Part shown: positions 57,527 through 64,000 of the stretch, in pieces
Layout: the number at the start of each line of letters is the position of its first letter
Position numbering within the stretch: the first letter of the stretch is position 1
IMG/VR virus record: IMGVR_UViG_3300031998_000005
DNA: 64,000 bases
Source of the DNA: a virus
Lineage: Duplodnaviria > Caudoviricetes
Strand: one strand, 5' to 3'
Notes under the pieces: model-generated
Seen by the model: the letters and a program-made list of their open reading frames with translations, nothing else
What the model was told of the DNA's origin: nothing
Database searches by the model: none
Program-made: the position numbers and the translations under genes

Positions 57527-57888
57527 CAGAACAGCATTTCAAGGACATACTCTCCAAATACTACCCAGGCATAAAGTTCTTCAAGTCCGAAGACGGCACT
57601 GAAACTTGGGTCTATCCGTGGAACACCCCCGAAGAAAAATGGGGGCTTGAAAAGGTGTCGTTCTTCAACTACCCCCGCAACAAGTATGTCCTGTTGAGCA
57701 AGACCGACAAAGACCCCTACGACATCTTTAACACTCGCCTTTCCAACTTACCACGACAGCACCCCTACCGATTCCCCAACAACTCCGTTGCCTTTGAATT
57801 TTGGGTTGCGGAACAGGCTGAAAACCGTCGCCCGTTCTACTGCGGGGGATTCCCGCAACTTGACGAAGCCCCCTGCTGCGTTAGATAA
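57523..57888 (+). CDS. Hypothetical protein
   Basis: ATGA overlap. Confidence 0.65.
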   Translation: MTEQHFKDILSKYYPGIKFFKSEDGTETWVYPWNTPEEKWGLEKVSFFNYPRNKYVLLSKTDKDPYDIFNTRLSNLPRQHPYRFPNNSVAFEFWVAEQAENRRPFYCGGFPQLDEAPCCVR

Positions 57889-57921
57889 CCTGTTATATTC
57901 ACTTTCAACCCCCGTATCACT

Positions 57922-58185
57922 ATGCTAGACTACTGCTTTGGAACTAACTTAATCAAGCCCGAAAATTACCGAGAAGTTTGGACTTGCCGATACTTTTCCA
58001 GGGAAGACATAGACCATTACCTGTATGAAGTCGTAGAAAAGAAAGACTCCACCGAACTTGCCGTCCGAGCATATAACTGCAAGGGCGAGTTCGTAAAGGA
58101 AATCCCCGCTGACCTGTGGAAGACAGCCTACGGCTCGTTGTTCTTCATCAACGCTCTCACTTACAAGATAGGATGGTGCGTATGA
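57922..58185 (+). CDS. Hypothetical protein
   Basis: Follows junction repeat. Confidence 0.6.
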   Translation: MLDYCFGTNLIKPENYREVWTCRYFSREDIDHYLYEVVEKKDSTELAVRAYNCKGEFVKEIPADLWKTAYGSLFFINALTYKIGWCV

Positions 58186-58433
58186 CCCTTATGGATTACA
58201 CGCTCTTGACCAAGGGAATAGCCATCGGCATTTCGGCTACGCTCCCGTTCCTTGTCATCGCCCTTGTAAAATGGCACATTTGGAAATCCGACTGCAAGTT
58301 CTGGAAGATGATGCACTCCGACCTAGCCAAGCAGAACGAACGCCTGTTCCGTGCCGTCAAGGATGCCGAAGACAAAGCCAAGTATGCCGAAGCCGAACTC
58401 AAACACGCCATCAACCAATACAAGCCAATCTAG
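58182..58433 (+). CDS. TM plus coiled-coil protein
   Basis: Hydrophobic helix then heptads. Confidence 0.6.
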   Translation: MTLMDYTLLTKGIAIGISATLPFLVIALVKWHIWKSDCKFWKMMHSDLAKQNERLFRAVKDAEDKAKYAEAELKHAINQYKPI

Positions 58434-58450
58434 CCGAGGAACACACCCCT

Positions 58451-58822
58451 ATGTTCATACCCCCATTCCCATACGACGCACCCCCATACGCCCAACTGCT
58501 CAAGATACTCGGTCGCCAGGACCCCGCCACGCAGAAATCCATCGCAGAACTTTCCGAGCAGACCGCACAGCGATACTGCGACCGATACGCAGACCAATCC
58601 GACCGATTCCGCTCATACGCCTACCTATACGACTTGAGCAAGCGGGTGCGGTGGGTCGTGTATCGCAACATTATGTTTGACTACGAACCCGTGGAAGACT
58701 TTGCCGAAATCCAGCAAATCAAGGAACTATACACCAAGCAATTCGGGGAACTCCTGGACAATCCCCCGTGGCAGTGTGTCAACGGCGACGTGGTAAAGCC
58801 CACCCCCGAAACCCTTACCTAG
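58451..58822 (+). CDS. Hypothetical protein
   Basis: CCGAGG RBS. Confidence 0.65.
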   Translation: MFIPPFPYDAPPYAQLLKILGRQDPATQKSIAELSEQTAQRYCDRYADQSDRFRSYAYLYDLSKRVRWVVYRNIMFDYEPVEDFAEIQQIKELYTKQFGELLDNPPWQCVNGDVVKPTPETLT

Positions 58823-58858
58823 ATAACCTGTTATATTCAACCAAAGGACTGCACATAT

Positions 58859-59014
58859 ATGAAGAAACCCCTGGTAGTCATCCGTGATTGGCGTGTCTGC
58901 ACCGACAGCCCCATCATCTACTATTCACTCGTCATCCTGTCTTCCCTAGCCGTAGGTTTCTTTGTAGCCTACGTGTGGATTCCGCTAGTCCAATGGCTAC
59001 ACGCATACCTATGA
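58859..59014 (+). CDS. Small membrane protein (51 aa)
   Basis: AAGGA RBS in junction repeat; hydrophobic core. Confidence 0.55.
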   Translation: MKKPLVVIRDWRVCTDSPIIYYSLVILSSLAVGFFVAYVWIPLVQWLHAYL

Positions 59015-59166
59015 CGGGCGGGAACACAGGAACATTGGATATTGTGTTATATTCTGCCCGACACCCGTGCTGTTTGCGGAACTTGTCGCTTGGAAAACTA
59101 GGTATCTTGTTAGATGATATTCTGCTGAACCTGCACATCCCCATACTTATATAGGAGGTATAAACC

Positions 59167-59463
59167 GTGCACGAACACGTATTTATCGTTCTTGTAAACA
59201 AAAAAGATGAAAAAACCTTCGTCTTTTCCGTCCTGTTTGAACAGGACACCACCACAGCCTACGCCTTGGATAAATTTATCACCGAATACCGCAACCAACC
59301 TACATACTCCCCAGGAGATTCCATCATTGCCTATACGTGGGCACCCCCACCAATTATCACTTCTAGCGAGGAAAACTCTATGACTATTTCGGGTGGGGGA
59401 CATAGCCCCCTCTATAGGGGCTTTGATACACAAGACTTACTTAAATCCCCGATACCGCTATAA
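59167..59463 (+). CDS. Hypothetical protein
   Basis: AGGAGG RBS, GTG start. Confidence 0.55.
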   Translation: MHEHVFIVLVNKKDEKTFVFSVLFEQDTTTAYALDKFITEYRNQPTYSPGDSIIAYTWAPPPIITSSEENSMTISGGGHSPLYRGFDTQDLLKSPIPL

Positions 59464-59680
59464 CAGCATACCCCCACACACTATACGGAATAGGTATCTT
59501 GTTAGATGATATTTTGTTATATTCGTATAGGGAAACCCAACCCCCCGCCCCGCCCCTGCGACACCCCTGCCGAAAACTCTACCTACCGATTTTGACACTT
59601 TTTGACACCCCCTTTACATACAACTTAAATATAACACTTTACCTGTAATTTTACACATAAAATATAAGGAAATACCTACT

Positions 59681-59833
59681 ATGGATAATGAGAATACTGC
59701 CGATACCGCAGAACTGCCTTGGTATGAAACGTGCGACCTGTATGATTTCGTGGGTTCGTGCGAGGCTACGATGACCGAAGCCGAGAAACAGGAATACCGC
59801 AACTACTTGCGTGACTTGGATGCGGGGGCTTGA
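59681..59833 (+). CDS. Small acidic protein (50 aa)
   Basis: AAGGA RBS; MDNENTADTAELPWY... Confidence 0.5.
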   Translation: MDNENTADTAELPWYETCDLYDFVGSCEATMTEAEKQEYRNYLRDLDAGA

Positions 59834-59947
59834 TATGGCGAAAAAGCGTATATGCAAAAAGGATAAAAAGCCCGCACCTGTTTCGGATGCGGATTTGGAA
59901 ATAATGCTACATTGGCTCGTAGCGATACACAAGTGGGGTAAATCAGT

Positions 59948-60172
59948 ATGACGATAGTATTTGGAATCGTATGTGTAGGGGTAGCGATGTTCTTTCTCGG
60001 ACTCCTGTTCGGGAGTATGCTCCGTGACGGGGAACTGCGGGAACTAGAAAAGCAGTTAGCCGAGCGTGTGGGCGAGAACAGGCGACTGCGGGAACACTGC
60101 GAGCAGTTGCAGGCACGTATGACGGAAAGCCCCGTAACCCCCACGGGTAGCCGAATGCCTCCCATCTTCTAG
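59948..60172 (+). CDS. TM plus coiled-coil protein
   Basis: N-terminal TM, heptads. Confidence 0.55.
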   Translation: MTIVFGIVCVGVAMFFLGLLFGSMLRDGELRELEKQLAERVGENRRLREHCEQLQARMTESPVTPTGSRMPPIF

Positions 60173-60288
60173 GACCGTGTATGCGTAGGGGCGAGTTGGA
60201 TTTCCTGCTAGGGCTGTTCGTGGGGCTGATGTTCGGCTTGCTGTTCGGTGCTAGGTGGATAATGGGCGTGTTGGGTCTGTGGGAGTGA

Positions 60289-60317
60289 TTGACAGGGAAC
60301 AGATAATTTGTTATAAT
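60289..60317 (+). promoter_or_regulatory. Perfect consensus sigma70 promoter
   Basis: TTGACA-17-TATAAT with TG extension. Confidence 0.85.
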
Positions 60318-60323
60318 ATGGGG

Positions 60324-60513
60324 CTAGATGTCCTGGACGCAGGAATCGTAAACCAAGCAGGCAGAACCTACGTGACGGAGTGTATCACACACGCAGGGTG
60401 CCCAAATCGCTTGTCGGACCGTAAGCCGAGGCACGGGGAAGTTCCCCGTGAGCAAGGAAAGCCACCACAGGGGAATTGGGGCAATGCTTCTCCTGTCGGT
60501 GGCTTTCTTATTT
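60324..60513 (+). ncRNA. Candidate structured small RNA (~190 nt)
   Basis: Consensus promoter, hairpin CACGGGGAAGTTCCCCGTG, terminal GAAAGCCACC/GGTGGCTTTC stem plus TTATTT; no RBS-led ORF. Confidence 0.45.
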
Positions 60514-60595
60514 GCAGGGCGTGTTTGGCACGGCTCTCGTGGAGAAATAGAATACTCCAAAACCCACACACCGAACGGGAGTCGTGCCTTTTCTC

Positions 60596-60624
60596 TTGAC
60601 AGGGAACGGGGGCTAGATTATATT
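60596..60624 (+). promoter_or_regulatory. sigma70-type promoter
   Basis: TTGACA-17-TATATT. Confidence 0.75.
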
Positions 60625-60629
60625 TAAGG

Positions 60630-60717
60630 ACAGCACGAGAGTGCTAGACGCATACTCCTTATGTGTTGAAGGTTAAGTTGGGACAGCCCCTGCGGATTTC
60701 CGTGGGGGCTGTCTTTT
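60630..60717 (+). ncRNA. Candidate small RNA (~88 nt) with anti-SD tract
   Basis: Promoter, CATACTCCTT, terminator GACAGCCCCTGCGG/CCGTGGGGGCTGTC-TTTT. Confidence 0.45.
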
Positions 60718-60758
60718 ATGTTAATGAAAATTAACATAAAAGACCCCTTGCCAAGAGC

Positions 60759-60805
60759 GGGAGAAATACTTATCTTTTACATAGTAAAAGATAAGTATTT
60801 CTCCC
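60759..60805. repeat. Perfect 22-bp-arm palindrome A
   Basis: GGGAGAAATACTTATCTTTTAC-ATA-GTAAAAGATAAGTATTTCTCCC. Confidence 0.92.
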
Positions 60806-60923
60806 CTGCCTCGGACAGCCTCCCGCTGCCCGTTTTCTTTTGCCCTGGCTACGGGGGCGACACAGCCACCCGTTCCCGTGCAGACGTAAGTAAAAAGTAA
60901 CGAGCGACACCCTTGACAGGGAG

Positions 60924-60970
60924 GGGAGAAATAGTTATCTTTTACTTCGTAAAAGATAACTATTTCTCCC
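60924..60970. repeat. Perfect 22-bp-arm palindrome B
   Basis: GGGAGAAATAGTTATCTTTTAC-TTC-GTAAAAGATAACTATTTCTCCC. Confidence 0.92.
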
Positions 60971-60974
60971 TGTG

Positions 60975-61010
60975 AGTGGAAAGGACAGCCGATAGGCTGT
61001 CCTTTCCACT
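60975..61010. repeat. Perfect 16-bp-arm hairpin at strand convergence
   Basis: AGTGGAAAGGACAGCC-GATA-GGCTGTCCTTTCCACT. Confidence 0.85.
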
Positions 61011-61108
61011 TCCCCCATACTATCTCCCACACGCAAAGAAGGACACCCGTGCGGATGTCCTTCAGCCTTGCCGTAGCAAGGCGGTCCACGCAGGAAAGCG
61101 TGGCGGGA

Positions 61109-61360
61109 TTAACTGCGGTCTAGCATAGCCTGGAACTCCCTGTCGCTCACGACATCGTGGCGGGCGTGGAAATCCTTGTAGGCTTGCATATTCACTTTGC
61201 CGATGGGTCTATTACGCAGATAGACAGGGGGCAGATATTTCCCGTGAACTATCCCGCTATACGGCTTTACGGGTTTCCCCCAATCGTTCGTGTCAAACAG
61301 CAACCCGCCCACTAGCAACATCAGCACCACAAAGGCAAGCGTGACTAATCCACCAATCAT
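61109..61360 (-). CDS. Membrane-anchored hypothetical protein
   Basis: GGAGG RBS on - strand, N-terminal TM. Confidence 0.6.
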   Translation of the reverse strand: MIGGLVTLAFVVLMLLVGGLLFDTNDWGKPVKPYSGIVHGKYLPPVYLRNRPIGKVNMQAYKDFHARHDVVSDREFQAMLDRS

Positions 61361-61496
61361 AAACGGTCCTCCATTATCTTTTGCATTTTCTCGGTTCTCA
61401 AATCCTGCGGGAGCAGTTTCAGCATACGGGCGACAGGAACAAAAATCCTACGCCTGCTCCCGTCAGCCATCAGCACGGTCCTATACCTGTTCGCTC

Positions 61497-61808
61497 TCAT
61501 TCCGTCCACTCCACTTGCTCGGCACTTTCTAGCACATCGTTAGGCAGGGAGTCCAACACCCTTCCGAACCCTTCCGTGTCCGTGGTCAGCATCGCACAAT
61601 CCTCGTCTATCTCCACGAAACTCGCCCGCACTTCTTCAAGGTATCTGCTACTCCACTGCAACACCCACCCGCAACCTGTTCGCCTTTCCAACACGGGGAG
61701 CAGTCGCATCCCGTATAGGCGTATGGACTCCAAGGTCAGCGTGTGCAATCCGCTCCGCACGAATGCGAGTGCCATCAGTATTTCAGCACTCAAAAAGCGT
61801 GTCATCAT
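61497..61808 (-). CDS. Hypothetical protein
   Basis: AAGGA RBS on - strand. Confidence 0.55.
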   Translation of the reverse strand: MMTRFLSAEILMALAFVRSGLHTLTLESIRLYGMRLLPVLERRTGCGWVLQWSSRYLEEVRASFVEIDEDCAMLTTDTEGFGRVLDSLPNDVLESAEQVEWTE

Positions 61809-62360
61809 TTGTCAGTTCCTTTTGTATGCGTTAAGAGTAAACGAGTCTTATGCCACACATTAACTTGTATGGACTCACCCGAACAGGGGTGCGATTCGTG
61901 TGCCGTGCCGTCCGCAGGGAGCGGGGGCGGGGGGATTTTCGTTCTATATAACACATTACCTTGTCACCTTTAATATAACAAATAAACCTCGCCTGCGTTA
62001 TACTAATTGATAGAATTGACATAGCGACTATATGAATTGATAGAATTGGCACACCCGTTCCTGGGCAGACCCCGCCACGTGGTCGGGCGTGTATGCCTGC
62101 ACACTTGGACACTAGGATAGTAGGGACGCTCGGACAGCCCGTGCGTGGGCGTATAGTGTGATAGAGCGTGTCCCGCCCGTGCGTAAGGGTAGGATATGGG
62201 GAAAGCACCCGTGTATGTGTGGGTGCTAGTGTAGGGTATATGTGCGTATGGGTGTGCGTAGTTGTGATACCGATAGTGGTGTGTGGTGTGGGAGATAGTA
62301 TGGGGGAAATAGTTGGGGATTGGGGGTTGATGGGTTTTGTTTTGGGCGGTCGGATTGTTC

Positions 62361-62789
62361 TCAAAAATTGTCTGCGGATTTGGGATTATTGCCTGTCCAA
62401 GTTTCGTAAGGTTCGGGGTTCTGCTCGTGCCTGTCCTTGCAAAAGTCGTGGTATTCGGCAAGCAGGGCGTTGTATGCGTTGGGGGCGTGTGTAGTGAGCC
62501 AGAACAGGAAATGGTCTTGCGGGTTGGATTTGCGGGCGATGTAGTTGGTGGGGTGTGCGTGGGTCAGCAGGGAGATTAGACGTTTGCGACGGGAGCGGTT
62601 GGAGTGGGAGACCTGTTTGAAGTTATTAACTAGGTCAAGAAAGTCCTTCGTGGGAACGGCTATGGCTACGGGGAGTCGGGGGCAGTTGTTTCGGACTTTG
62701 TATCGCTTGATGTATTCAAGCCAATCGTGTGCGGTTTTTAGGACCGTGTTGTGTTCGGGGTAGAGTAGTTCGGTAAGTTTGCTAGGCAT
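62361..62789 (-). CDS. Hypothetical protein
   Basis: AAGGA RBS on - strand. Confidence 0.6.
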   Translation of the reverse strand: MPSKLTELLYPEHNTVLKTAHDWLEYIKRYKVRNNCPRLPVAIAVPTKDFLDLVNNFKQVSHSNRSRRKRLISLLTHAHPTNYIARKSNPQDHFLFWLTTHAPNAYNALLAEYHDFCKDRHEQNPEPYETWTGNNPKSADNF

Positions 62790-62813
62790 AGGGGTGTGTT
62801 TCCTTTTGGTTTA

Positions 62814-63041
62814 CTAGGGTTCGCCTAGAAAGGCGTATGCGGTAATCTTCCAGGGCGGGATAGGGCTGTCGGGGTCTTTGAGCAGACGGAAGGCTGTCTC
62901 GGAGTGGTCGTATCGGGCTTCGTGTATAGAGCCGTTGAGCAGGACGAGGTATCGCCCGCTACAACGGACGCTGAAATAGTCTATGGGTATAAGGGTAATG
63001 ACCTGGGTTCGGAAAGTAGCAGGGAGCGGGGATTGTATCAT
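62814..63041 (-). CDS. Hypothetical protein
   Basis: Packing on - strand. Confidence 0.5.
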   Translation of the reverse strand: MIQSPLPATFRTQVITLIPIDYFSVRCSGRYLVLLNGSIHEARYDHSETAFRLLKDPDSPIPPWKITAYAFLGEP

Positions 63042-63046
63042 TTTGT

Positions 63047-63352
63047 TTACTTGGTAGGTGTGTGGTGGTTGCCTGCGATGGATTTCAGTGCTAGTTCGTG
63101 GAACTCAACTTCCGTGATGTAGGAGCATTTCCACCCCCTAGACGCTTTCAAGTTTCGGACGAGTTCGCAGGCGGTCGGCAGGGTAAAGATGCAGGGTTTG
63201 TGTCCGTGTGCGATTTCGGACAGACCCCCGTCCGTGGGTTGGACGAAAGTGGCGGGGCGTGGGGAGTCGCCCGCTAGGGGGACTACGACATACTTGAGGG
63301 CACTGGCGGTTTTGAGTGCCTGTTCGTGCAGGGTGTAGGGGTCTTGGGTCAT
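63047..63352 (-). CDS. Hypothetical protein
   Basis: AACCGAGGA leader on - strand. Confidence 0.6.
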   Translation of the reverse strand: MTQDPYTLHEQALKTASALKYVVVPLAGDSPRPATFVQPTDGGLSEIAHGHKPCIFTLPTACELVRNLKASRGWKCSYITEVEFHELALKSIAGNHHTPTK

Positions 63353-63380
63353 AGGGTATATCCTCGGTTGATGGGGGTGG

Positions 63381-63944
63381 TTAAGGACAATCCTTTACGA
63401 GTCGGACAGGCAGATAAAGTGTCTTTGGAAGCCACATATCGTGGACCGTGCATACGTCGGCAGGCTTTCCGAATCCCCGACAGTAGGCATTGGGCGATGG
63501 AATATCCCCATTGTAGGGCTGACTATCCGTAGCAGACCAATAGGCTGTATTCCATCCGACCTCGCTCAACTTTTTGTCTTCGTCATAAAGACCAATCGGA
63601 TAGATTCCGAGAACCTTTTGGAGGTCGCACCCCGAATACAGCCGTAGCCCAGGGTCATTAAAATCCTGTGGCTGTCCTAGAAAGCGATTATGATACATAC
63701 TCTTGAACCCTACGGCTTCGCAAGCATCGTTCCATTCTTGAACAGATGGTAAATGCCATCCGTCCATCTTGGACACTACCCGCTGAACCGCATCCCAAGT
63801 ATAATAGGTTGTCCCGTTATTTAGAATGCCATCGCCACAGTCATCAAAGTCAAAGTCGTGCGAGAGCCAAAGGCTATCACCGATTTTTATTGTGGGCAGG
63901 CAACGTCCGAAAGTTTTAATTGTATCTTCGCTAACTGACTGCAT
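63381..63944 (-). CDS. Fibrobacter succinogenes major paralogous domain (Fib_succ_major/FISUMP)-like protein
   Basis: TIKIG...W, YYTW.A, GWHLPS..EW, YWSAT, LPVRLVKD. Confidence 0.8.
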   Translation of the reverse strand: MQSVSEDTIKTFGRCLPTIKIGDSLWLSHDFDFDDCGDGILNNGTTYYTWDAVQRVVSKMDGWHLPSVQEWNDACEAVGFKSMYHNRFLGQPQDFNDPGLRLYSGCDLQKVLGIYPIGLYDEDKKLSEVGWNTAYWSATDSQPYNGDIPSPNAYCRGFGKPADVCTVHDMWLPKTLYLPVRLVKDCP

Positions 63945-63954
63945 TTGTAAATTA

Positions 63955-64000
63955 CCTCGGTTTAAGTTCGTGGTTGTCCTTGCTGTAAATATAACAGAAT
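63955..64000 (-). promoter_or_regulatory. Class I promoter -10 and leader on - strand (-35 outside window)
   Basis: Reverse complement TGTTATATTT...ACAACCAC...AACCGAGG. Confidence 0.7.

Noticed and set aside
54773-58850. Junction repeats as a CRISPR array or integron attC sites
   Set aside because: Spacing is hundreds of bp and contains whole genes; no cas or integrase gene; no attC-length imperfect palindrome.
60255-60599. 114-aa ORF
   Set aside because: Spans a consensus promoter and terminator, has a weak start context and no protein-like features.
60759-60970. Protelomerase (telRL) target
   Set aside because: Arms are separated by 3-nt spacers, there are two copies, and no protelomerase gene is visible; kept only as unexplained palindromes.
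61831-62494. ORFs over the G/T-rich tract
   Set aside because: Low-complexity translations arising from strand skew; no RBS support.
1-64000. Stop-codon reassignment
   Set aside because: Conserved genes are intact in the standard code; TAA, TAG and TGA all end genes; no suppressor tRNA found.

Overview
This 64 kb window is from a large lytic dsDNA bacteriophage using the standard code. Genes are on + up to about 61 kb and on - after that. 1-10.8 kb is a replication/recombination module: family A DNA polymerase, DnaX-like clamp loader, IF-1, UvsY-like protein, gp32-like SSB, RecA/UvsX and four paralogous beta-class DNA methyltransferases. 10.9-59 kb holds more than 100 short early-type genes driven by repeated consensus sigma70 promoters. 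These include a sigma-like factor, a metallophosphoesterase, a HAD phosphatase, a CoaD-like enzyme, a fifth MTase, an 11-member CxxC...CPxCG mini-protein family and tRNAs (8 in the window in total). 59.4-62.4 kb is mostly non-coding, with promoters, long palindromes and GC-skew switches. A Fib_succ_major-like gene plus sigma70/SD signals hint at a Fibrobacter-like host (inference). Top finding: an apparent ribosome-mediated transcription attenuator. A 27-codon leader (32390-32473) has a 21-codon core using only Asn/Tyr/Ala/Phe/Glu/Ser, and it is followed by competing antiterminator/terminator stems directly upstream of a tRNA operon for exactly those six amino acids. All calls come from reading the sequence by eye; no searches were run.
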